Positions 27,771-35,599 of a DNA stretch of 58,994 nucleotides are shown one piece after another. The notes under the pieces are model-generated. The model had not been told where the DNA came from and made no database searches. It saw only the letters and a program-made list of their open reading frames with translations. The DNA is from Candidatus Eiseniibacteriota bacterium (GTDB lineage Bacteria > Arandabacterota > Arandabacteria > Arandabacterales > Arandabacteraceae), in contig JBDRNT010000035.1 of assembly GCA_043810925.1 (NCBI GenBank), positions 1 through 58,994 of the forward strand. Reading direction: 5' to 3'. The position numbers were made by a program, and so were the translations under genes. How positions within the stretch are numbered: position 1 is the first letter of the stretch; every line of letters begins with the position of its first letter.

Positions 27771-28015
27771 TGGGGTCCGGAGGAGGTCAGAGCTCGAGAA
27801 TCGTGGATACGGCGTCAGGGTCCCACCCCCTGCGCCCAAGGGGTCGAGGTCGTTACCGATCCTGCGATTTCCGAGCTCTGACCCCAGGTGATGAAACTGC
27901 GCCGGCGCAGCATCTCGGGCCGCAGGCGAATTCGTCGGGGGTGGAACCCCGCCGCTACGGCAAGGCGGACCGAAGGCAAGCCAGCACGTCAGGTTGCACC
28001 GACGACCATTGAGAA
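27764..28015. ncRNA. Unidentified structured element (candidate ncRNA or MITE)
   Basis: 10-bp perfect terminal IR TTCTCAATGG/CCATTGAGAA enclosing three helical domains; no credible ORF. Confidence 0.5.
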
Positions 28016-28044
28016 CTGTGCCGGCGATAGGCCCCCCAGGGAAA

Positions 28045-28587
28045 TCAGGGTTTGAGGGGTTCGAAATTGACGAAGTCTGCGTGGTGGATGATTATGGCCT
28101 CGGTAGTCCGCTTGCCGAGATCGCCCTCCTTGGAGTGGTAGGCGATCATGTGGAGAACCTGAAACGGAAGTCCGTGCTTGTACGCAAGCGCCTGGCCCGA
28201 AAACGGATGCCTGAGGAGACTCCCCTTCTCGCTTTTGACCACCGCATCTCCCTTGCGAACATACTCGAGCAACTTGCCGACATCATGCAGGATGCCGCCG
28301 GCGACCAGGATGTCCATGTCTATGGTGACAGCCTTGCCGTAGTTCTCGATCAGCGTCTCCGCGATTCCGACTGCGGTCCGGGTGACAACACGCGTGTGCA
28401 TTATAAGATCGAACTTGCAGTCCGGGATGAGTAGTGTGAACGGTATGCTCGTAAGGTCATCGGCCGTCCAGCCGCCGAGATCGATGGCATCCTGCCAGAC
28501 CGAGATCACGCTGTGCCTGAGTTCCTCTCGCTTTATCAGATCTACCTCAGGCAACAGATTGCGGACGCTTTCGGGGCTCGTACTCAA
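28045..28587 (-). CDS. HD/HDIG-domain metal-dependent phosphohydrolase
   Basis: HTR.V, LHDVGKLLEY, LRHPFSG, AYHS.EGD, HHADF motifs. TTG start overlaps the upstream TGA (TTGA); SD AAGGAGG. Confidence 0.88.
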   Translation of the reverse strand: MSTSPESVRNLLPEVDLIKREELRHSVISVWQDAIDLGGWTADDLTSIPFTLLIPDCKFDLIMHTRVVTRTAVGIAETLIENYGKAVTIDMDILVAGGILHDVGKLLEYVRKGDAVVKSEKGSLLRHPFSGQALAYKHGLPFQVLHMIAYHSKEGDLGKRTTEAIIIHHADFVNFEPLKP

Positions 28588-29495
28588 CTTTTTCCTCCTT
28601 TGGCTATCGCTCTGTGGATGCCGATCCCCAGAATCCCGGCTATGTTGGCTTTCGCATCTATCCTGGGTACGATGCCTCCCCGTGGATGCGTCAGGATTGT
28701 TGTCACACCCGGCCCGTGGCCCGAGATCACACAATCGGAATGCACGACGATACCTATGGTGACCGCGCCCTTGCGGTACATCCGCCCGTAGGTGTTGTCG
28801 GCGTCCTTGATGGCGACTATGTCTCCAAGGCGGATATCGGCCAGACCGTGTTTGTCTACGCTCTTCTTATCCAAAAGCTGGATGTCATAATCACCTGAGT
28901 GAGCGTGAACCTTGCCGATCCCCGAGCCCATCATTGCGGCCGGAATCACGTGGGAGACACCGATCTCAAGCTTGCCCTTGACCGATTCGATCTTCATCTT
29001 GCCAAGGAGGGCTGGATCCAGATTCATGACACGGACCTCATCAAACTCTTGCATCTTAAGGCCCGTACCGCATGCCTTGACAAGTATGGAGTCACCGATC
29101 GCGAGCTTGTCCAGTGTCCGTTCATCGAAATCCATAAGAACGTGTTCGATGCCGCCGTGCTTGCCGGTCACGACTCCCTTCGCACCCTTTGCATCTCCGC
29201 TGATCACCGTGGCGGTGTTGCCGATACAGGAGAGAATATTGAGGGCGGCGTTGGCACTCCTGGTGCCTTCTCTCGGTGACATGTTCTTTACGCTGACGCC
29301 CGGCTCGACGTGGTCCGCCACCCAGCCACATGCAGGGTGACCCACCTTCATGTTGTAAGTGATTCCACCGGTGCCCGGCAAGATCACGGGCTTTCCCGTT
29401 GAGCCGATCCTGTAACCCGTCTCGGCCATAGCCGGGCTTGACACCTGGCCAATCACTGAAAGCATCACCAAACGCTCGGCGTTGGTCTTCATCAC
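28584..29495 (-). CDS. DUF4438-family protein
   Basis: LPGTGGITYN.KVG, DHVEPGVS, CIGN.A.V.SG.AKG..G.VTGKHGG.EH, GDYDI, VHSDC..SGHGPGVT. Confidence 0.8.
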   Translation of the reverse strand: MMKTNAERLVMLSVIGQVSSPAMAETGYRIGSTGKPVILPGTGGITYNMKVGHPACGWVADHVEPGVSVKNMSPREGTRSANAALNILSCIGNTATVISGDAKGAKGVVTGKHGGIEHVLMDFDERTLDKLAIGDSILVKACGTGLKMQEFDEVRVMNLDPALLGKMKIESVKGKLEIGVSHVIPAAMMGSGIGKVHAHSGDYDIQLLDKKSVDKHGLADIRLGDIVAIKDADNTYGRMYRKGAVTIGIVVHSDCVISGHGPGVTTILTHPRGGIVPRIDAKANIAGILGIGIHRAIAKGGKS

Positions 29496-29496
29496 A

Positions 29497-29992
29497 TTAA
29501 CGCCCCTTTCCTACCTTGCTTAGCGCTCCCCCGAATATCTCCAGAGCAATGTCCGCTTCCTGTCTTCCTATCACGAGCGGCGGCACGAACCTGACTGAGG
29601 TCGGTCCGCAGGGCAGCACCAGCAAGCCCTTGCGGAAACAGACCTCAACTATACGGTCCCTGACCCCCGGAGCAGGCTTCATAGTCCGTCTGTCCTTGAC
29701 GACCTCCATCCCTATCATCAGACCCTTGCCGCTCAGCCTCCCGAGGTGGCGGCTCTTCTTCTGCATTCGCCTGAGGCCCGTCATAATGTACTTGCCCATT
29801 TTCGCCGCATTGTCGATCAGCGATTCCTCGAGCAGCCTTGTTGCCGTCCACATCCCATACATAGGCCCCCTCGCCGTGATCAATGAAGAAGGGATAGCAC
29901 CTCGTATACGAAGGAGAAATGTACCGTTTGTCGATCTCAAGAAGGCTCTTCGCGCGTTTGCCTATTTGTGACACACCAAGTTTCATGGCCAT
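29497..29992 (-). pseudogene. Class III PLP aminotransferase (GabT/ArgD-like) with large internal deletion and frameshift
   Basis: N-terminal 52 aa (SPSYTR.YP..IDHGEGAYVWDVDGN) joined out of frame at ~29837 to the C-terminal 113 aa (GKGLMIGME...GLLVLPCG...RFVPPL). The PLP-binding core is absent. Confidence 0.85.
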
Positions 29993-30074
29993 CCGGACTC
30001 CCATCTCTCAGGCAAGCTCAGATGAAGATGTGCAGTGGAGGGGCTAACACGGCGCCGACCCAACTATCGGCTCA

Positions 30075-31514
30075 TTATCGGACGATGATGAACCTGCCGA
30101 GCTCATTTCCGCTCTTGGACTCGATCCTGTATAGATATATGCCGCTGACCACCTGTTTTCCGTCACTGTCGACCAGATTCCAGTCCGCAGTGCCCTGGGA
30201 TCCCCCGCCTTCATAACTGAACTGATTGGGGCGGACCGTATTGATGTAGCCTCCCGCGGCGTCATATATCCTTATCTTGGCTCCATCGGGGATGTTGACG
30301 AATTGGATCTTCGAGTCGCCGCCCATCTCCCAGCCCGCACGCCCGACGTAGGGGTTGGGCACCACCCGGACCCTCCTCGCATCGGATGCGGGTGAAACAG
30401 CCGGGAAGACTTTCGACCACACCACTTTGCTCATGGCCTGGTGATGCTGACTCGACCAGTCATAGGTCACGACCGCGTAGTTATACGGGAAGCCGTTGAA
30501 CACCGTCGTGAAGTCAGGATTGTCATTTACGAAGATGCCATCCCCGGTTATGCCTCGATCGGTGAAGGTTCTTGTGGCGTAAGGAGCCGGAACACCGAGC
30601 GAGTCACTGAAGAGCGCGAAGGAATCACACTTGCTTATCTCGGCTATGACCTTGAAAGATCTGATGCTGTCGGTGGGTTCGTGCGGCGGGGTGTCTTCAA
30701 CCGAATGCCGGAGCACAAGGTAGCCGTCAAAGGTCTCGGCCCTGACCGCAATGCGATCACCGTCGGCCAGCGGGACCCACACATCCACCGAGAAGGACTC
30801 ACCGGCCACATAGGTTCCCACCGGGAATCCGACCTTGAACTGCCTGTCAACATGGATCGATACGTCCGGGGTGCCGACCGTAAACGAACCGCTTCCGCCG
30901 ATACCATTGTCCCATTCGAAGGTGATGCTTGTACCGCCTCCGGCGCTCAACTCACCACCGGTTGTACAGTGGAAGGTGAATTGTACTGCTTGACCGGGAT
31001 CCACAGGGAATTCGCCCGTATATATCCCACGAAAGTCAGGCATCGGGCCACTCCAGCCCTCCGTCTTCGCGTCAAACAGGCCTTCGGAGTCCACGCTTAT
31101 CCGGATCCCTTCTGAAAGCTCATAGAACTGGTCTGTCTCAGTAACCTCAATACGCCTGCTGGTCAGTGTCATTGCCTCCCAGTCGGCTATCTCATCCCAG
31201 GCCAACTCCATAGCGTTAACAGTCCAGTTGACAAGTATATTGAACGTCCAGTCGCAAGCACCCGTGTAGAATCCCTGAGATGTCAGCGTAGCGTTCCCGT
31301 CCCATGGGAACTGCACACTCCCGGTGACAGGCTGGTTTATCGAGACCAGAGCCTCAGGGTCAGGGTCCGTCCATGTGATCACAACTGTCCTATCGCCTTC
31401 ACGAACCTGCACGTCAGGTGGATAAAGCACTACTTCGGCCAGGCACATGCCCGCACATCCTAAGACGGCGATCACAGAAACCGCAAACACTGCAGCACCG
31501 AACACTCTAGACAT
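30075..31514 (-). CDS. Secreted hypothetical protein with FlgD-Ig/T9SS-like C-terminus
   Basis: Signal peptide; C-terminal VVPNPY...KIQFVNIP...IRIY...WNL...SGIYLY...GRFIIVR. SD GGAGGG before ATG 31514. Confidence 0.8.
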   Translation of the reverse strand: MSRVFGAAVFAVSVIAVLGCAGMCLAEVVLYPPDVQVREGDRTVVITWTDPDPEALVSINQPVTGSVQFPWDGNATLTSQGFYTGACDWTFNILVNWTVNAMELAWDEIADWEAMTLTSRRIEVTETDQFYELSEGIRISVDSEGLFDAKTEGWSGPMPDFRGIYTGEFPVDPGQAVQFTFHCTTGGELSAGGGTSITFEWDNGIGGSGSFTVGTPDVSIHVDRQFKVGFPVGTYVAGESFSVDVWVPLADGDRIAVRAETFDGYLVLRHSVEDTPPHEPTDSIRSFKVIAEISKCDSFALFSDSLGVPAPYATRTFTDRGITGDGIFVNDNPDFTTVFNGFPYNYAVVTYDWSSQHHQAMSKVVWSKVFPAVSPASDARRVRVVPNPYVGRAGWEMGGDSKIQFVNIPDGAKIRIYDAAGGYINTVRPNQFSYEGGGSQGTADWNLVDSDGKQVVSGIYLYRIESKSGNELGRFIIVR

Positions 31515-31562
31515 ACCACCCTCCGTGCAAATCATAGACAGATTGATCCCCGCAGATCACGA

Positions 31563-33770
31563 TCACTGAGGTGTCTCACCAAACTTGGTAAGGAGCTTCC
31601 TGATCATGGTCTTCATCTCATCGTGATCGAACCACTCGGCAGGGAAGCCTATGTAGGCTGCATGGCCTCTCCGTTCATCTCCTGGGGCGTACACCGCTAT
31701 CAGGTTATCTTCCGTAGGAGTTATGACACCCGAGTCATTATAGGCCGTGCTGTACATGGCCTCAACATCCAACGGCCAGCGCTCATCGTCCGCCCGCCTG
31801 ATCTCAGTTATGTAGAAGGCCGAACCGAATTCACCTCTCCATGGACCCACCTTTGGGACAGCCTCGATCGGGCCCTCCCAGTCGCTGCCGCAGATCTGAC
31901 AAGGCCAGATCATGTTGTAGGGAATCTCAGGTGACGGCGTCTTCATCTTCTTGATTCCGAACGCTTCCCACATGAAGTTATAGAGCGTGTCATCCTCTGC
32001 CCTCAAGTACCTGGGGTTGAAATTCAGGAGGGTGAAGTTCTGACGCCTATCAGGATGAGGTTGTCCCGGGATATTCTCCACCCAATCCGACCAGTAGGCA
32101 GTCGCACGTACAGGACCCTGACCGATTATTATCAGGTTTCCCCCGACTTTCACATACGAATGCAGATAATTACCAAGCTCCGTGCACACTTTCAGAAGCT
32201 GGCTCACGGGGTTCTCAACAGACTCGTCATCTGCCAGCCAAATCACGGTGGTTGCCCCGCCTGCGAACCTGATGGGCACCTCTTCCCCGTAGCCACTGTA
32301 GCTGGGAGCCCTACCCGTATAGAAACGCTCCCAGTCGTACCCATCAAGTATGTCCTCCCAGAGCCCGGTCTGGGTTGCATCGAACTGCGCCCAAGCCGGC
32401 TCGAGGTACTTGGCATGGTCATCGTCTACGAGCAGAATCTTCCTTTCGGGCAATCGCCGGGGCCCTTCGAGTACCTCGACATTGAATTCACAATGAGTTT
32501 GAACCTGGTTAACATCCTTGACCTCGACAACGAAGACATGCCTTCCAAGGGATGGGGCGAACCGCCCCCCGTTCAGTGGGTATCTCACGAGCCACTCCGG
32601 GTTGGCCCTCCTATCCCTTATGGGCTCCGTACTCGTCCAGTAGTTCCAGGCTGATGTCGGATCATCCGGATTATCGTAGTAATAGCGATAGGCCTCGGCA
32701 ATCTCGCCTCTTGCCCTTTCCTCGAGACCCCAGAACCTGAAAGAGATCTCAGTTCCCTGGAAGAGACCTGCGATGTTGTTCTCGTACTGCGCCTCCTGCC
32801 CGCTTTGCCTCAGTCCCAGCGAACCGGCGGCGATCTTGATTTTCACGCCGTCCCCCGTGGCGATGATAACCAGTTTGATCGAGTTCCTGCCGTCGTTGTA
32901 GCGGTTCCCGTAGAGGTTCTCGGGCAAGAAGGCACCACCCTCATCTTTGACCGTAACAAAGACATTTACCGGATGGTCGAGTCCCCCACCGATCCAACTT
33001 GATAGCTCCAGGTCCCGGACGGAAGTGCAATCGGCCGGCACCCAGTTACTCCATCTCCCAAGCCCGGGGCTTGCGTGGCCCTCCACGTGACTGTCCGTGT
33101 AGTTGAGAGGTGGGAGCCTGGGATAAGTCGGTTTGAGGCTGTCCTCGGGAATGACAATGTACTTGTACTCAAGCGCTGCCGCATCGCCGTCCGGGTCGCT
33201 GCCTTCCCATTCGATATAAGGATGGGGTGGCACGGTACGGTATCCCCAGACGGTCTTCTGAGGGACTACTATGGATACCCTGGGTATGATGTTGGTGGCT
33301 GTGAAGAAGAGGCTTGCGGGTGAGGGATCGATCCGCCCTTCGTTATCCACAGCCCTTACGAGTATGCCCCAGAGTGCCTTCGCATACTGCGGGTCCTGCG
33401 CCGGGTTCTCCGTGCTGTCAAGACAGCAGGTATCCGACGGGAGCACGAAGGTGCCCTCCCGCTCAAAGGTATCGGTCCAGTTCAGGGTTTCAAGATCGAG
33501 TGTCTCAAGGTCAATCCTCTCTACATCCCGGACGGTGGCAATCTGGAAGGATGCAACATCACCGTCATCATCCGCACCATACCAGTAGGCCTGAACCTTG
33601 AAGTACGTCAGTGTGGCCTCTTTCGGGCCGAATGAGATGAACGTATCAGGCGCGAGACCGACCTCTCTATCACCGCTCTCCTTCTCGCTGCACCCGGGCA
33701 GCACGATCAAAGAGCAGGTGATCGCAAGTCCCGTGATCAGGAGCACACCACCGGTCATACGTGTACGCAT
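31563..33770 (-). CDS. Lipoprotein with repeated Ig/Fn3-like W.G.D.DG modules
   Basis: Lipobox LPGC; WYGADDDG, VRAVDNEGRIDPSPA, WEGSDPDG; C-terminal alpha/beta domain (KILLVDDD). Confidence 0.75.
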   Translation of the reverse strand: MRTRMTGGVLLITGLAITCSLIVLPGCSEKESGDREVGLAPDTFISFGPKEATLTYFKVQAYWYGADDDGDVASFQIATVRDVERIDLETLDLETLNWTDTFEREGTFVLPSDTCCLDSTENPAQDPQYAKALWGILVRAVDNEGRIDPSPASLFFTATNIIPRVSIVVPQKTVWGYRTVPPHPYIEWEGSDPDGDAAALEYKYIVIPEDSLKPTYPRLPPLNYTDSHVEGHASPGLGRWSNWVPADCTSVRDLELSSWIGGGLDHPVNVFVTVKDEGGAFLPENLYGNRYNDGRNSIKLVIIATGDGVKIKIAAGSLGLRQSGQEAQYENNIAGLFQGTEISFRFWGLEERARGEIAEAYRYYYDNPDDPTSAWNYWTSTEPIRDRRANPEWLVRYPLNGGRFAPSLGRHVFVVEVKDVNQVQTHCEFNVEVLEGPRRLPERKILLVDDDHAKYLEPAWAQFDATQTGLWEDILDGYDWERFYTGRAPSYSGYGEEVPIRFAGGATTVIWLADDESVENPVSQLLKVCTELGNYLHSYVKVGGNLIIIGQGPVRATAYWSDWVENIPGQPHPDRRQNFTLLNFNPRYLRAEDDTLYNFMWEAFGIKKMKTPSPEIPYNMIWPCQICGSDWEGPIEAVPKVGPWRGEFGSAFYITEIRRADDERWPLDVEAMYSTAYNDSGVITPTEDNLIAVYAPGDERRGHAAYIGFPAEWFDHDEMKTMIRKLLTKFGETPQ

Positions 33771-33794
33771 CTTCCCCAACCCCCTCGTTTGCAC

Positions 33795-35405
33795 CTAAAA
33801 GCCGAAACTGATCTTCAATGTATCGGATCTGGTCTTTATGTAACTTCCGTTGTAGGCGACCAACTCGAACGTATGAGAGCCGGGATCAAGATTATCAACG
33901 GTCACTTCCTGCTTGAAGCGGTTGGTTGACCTGTCGAAGCCTATGCCGTCCTCCCGCCACTGACCGTTGTCGATCCTGTACCTGTATTTCATGAGCGCCT
34001 GCTCGGTCTCCCCGGTCGCCACTCCCCAACCATAGCCCTCATCAGGATCGGAGGCCACCCAGACAAACTTCACTCTGCCCGAACCGGCATCGAGGACGTC
34101 GGCGTCCAGGGATTCCAAGCTGGGCCTTGTGTTGACGTCAAACCAGATCGTATCGGGGCTGCCGTCCGCCTTGCCGAGGCTGTCCATCGCGGTCACATAG
34201 AGACGGAAAGGTCTGTCGCTGTCGAGATAAGGAAATGAGGCCGAGATGTCGCAATAATAGTTGATGTCACCCGCCTGACCACAAGCCCTGGAACTGTCCG
34301 ACTTAAGAAGTGTGCCCGAGATGTTCCACTTGAACGAGTCAGGAGGCGCACCTCCCGGTTGAGCGTCCTTGTCTGTTCCATGGAATTTGAGTCTCAATTG
34401 ACCGAAGTGGAAACCCACCCGGTCATAACCATCGGGGACCTGGCCTGTCTCCCTCCATTCCCTCGCATAGACCAGCTTCTCGGGCAATGAGCGCGTCTCG
34501 GCAGGCCGGTTATCCACCTTCCCTCTGAATGTCCATATGCTGTCGATCACAGTATCAGGGTCATAGTTGATGACGAACCTGGACACCTTCTCCGCGCTCC
34601 GCGCATTGGCATCATCGATCGCAACCAGTCTGAACTCATGATAGCCGATCCAGACATCGCTCGCAGCGGGGTTACCCGGGGCGTATGTGAGAGTTGTCGA
34701 TTTGATATCCGCAGGGACGGTCACTTCGCTCTTGGAGTCAAGCCTGTACCTCCACTCCACGACTTCACCGTCCGGGTCATCACCTTCCCAGCTCAGGGTA
34801 ACGGTTATGGGTTCACCGGGAAACTCGATATTGAACTGCGGAAGCGTGTCCCCCTTGACCCCGGCCTCTGCACACACCCATGGTGGTACAAGGTCATCAA
34901 GTGCGCTTGAGTAGCGGGTAACGCTGGCCGCCATACATATGCTGACCTCGGGGAGGCCGTAGTCGATCGCAAGGAAATTCACCATCGCCGGTATTTCATC
35001 CGCCTTCCCCTCGTTGTCGACCGCCTGAACATAGATGCTGTGATTTCTCGAGTTGGGTCTGTCGGCCCGGAAGACAAAGAGGCTCTCGGTCTTGGTCGTT
35101 ACTCCCCATGGGAGATCGAGCATGTACTCGATGATATCCTCATAGCTGGTGCGACCGTTCCATAGCTGATCCTCAGCAACGGAAGCAACCCAGTATTCCA
35201 CCACCACCCCGTCCTCATCGAGCCCGGTCCAGCGTACATTGTACTTATGGAAGACCCTGTCACCCTGGTCGGGCCCGACCGAGAGAATGGTCTCGGGAGG
35301 CCTGTTCCGGTCAGGTCTTACCAACTCCTCTTGCTCACAACCCTGGAAAACGAGTACGGCCGCCACCAGCATCAGCAAGATCATGAAGACACTTCGTGTG
35401 TGCAT
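33795..35405 (-). CDS. Lipoprotein with repeated Ig/Fn3-like W.G.D.DG modules
   Basis: Lipobox FQGC; PPET, WTGLDEDG, VQAVDNEG, WEGDDPDG, WVASDPDEG. SD AGGGG before ATG 35405. Confidence 0.75.
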   Translation of the reverse strand: MHTRSVFMILLMLVAAVLVFQGCEQEELVRPDRNRPPETILSVGPDQGDRVFHKYNVRWTGLDEDGVVVEYWVASVAEDQLWNGRTSYEDIIEYMLDLPWGVTTKTESLFVFRADRPNSRNHSIYVQAVDNEGKADEIPAMVNFLAIDYGLPEVSICMAASVTRYSSALDDLVPPWVCAEAGVKGDTLPQFNIEFPGEPITVTLSWEGDDPDGEVVEWRYRLDSKSEVTVPADIKSTTLTYAPGNPAASDVWIGYHEFRLVAIDDANARSAEKVSRFVINYDPDTVIDSIWTFRGKVDNRPAETRSLPEKLVYAREWRETGQVPDGYDRVGFHFGQLRLKFHGTDKDAQPGGAPPDSFKWNISGTLLKSDSSRACGQAGDINYYCDISASFPYLDSDRPFRLYVTAMDSLGKADGSPDTIWFDVNTRPSLESLDADVLDAGSGRVKFVWVASDPDEGYGWGVATGETEQALMKYRYRIDNGQWREDGIGFDRSTNRFKQEVTVDNLDPGSHTFELVAYNGSYIKTRSDTLKISFGF

Positions 35406-35482
35406 AGAAATACCCCTGCATTTAGGACACGCCAATCTTTTCTGCACGAGAATCAAAGTGCTTTCGGTGCACTGTCCACCGA

Positions 35483-35512
35483 ACTATAATCAGACGTTGC
35501 GGGCTTTGTCAA
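35483..35512 (-). promoter_or_regulatory. Sigma70 promoter of the lipoprotein operon
   Basis: Minus strand TTGACA-18 nt-TATAGT. Confidence 0.65.
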
Positions 35513-35530
35513 CACAAAAACTGTGGAGGT

Positions 35531-35575
35531 AAAGGAGCAAAAGAGAACCGGGGCTTCCCTTGGAAAGCCCCGGTT
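35531..35575 (-). terminator. Intrinsic terminator after the 1100-aa secreted protein
   Basis: AACCGGGGCTT / AAGCCCCGGTT stem (35546-35575) followed on the minus strand by CTCTTTTGCTCCTTT. Confidence 0.8.
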
Positions 35576-35599
35576 ACTTGTCCAGCAAGAAACCTACTT

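Noticed and set aside
27764-28015. Identification as SRP RNA, RNase P RNA, tmRNA, 6S, tRNA-Sec, hammerhead or retron ncRNA
   Set aside because: No CAGG-GNRA-AGCA SRP helix, no GAGGAAAGUCC, no tRNA-like ends, no complete CUGANGA/GAAA core, no single 6S-type rod and no reverse transcriptase nearby; left unassigned.
29830-29850. Programmed frameshift restoring the aminotransferase
   Set aside because: No slippery sequence, and the joined product (~165 aa) would still lack the PLP-binding core.
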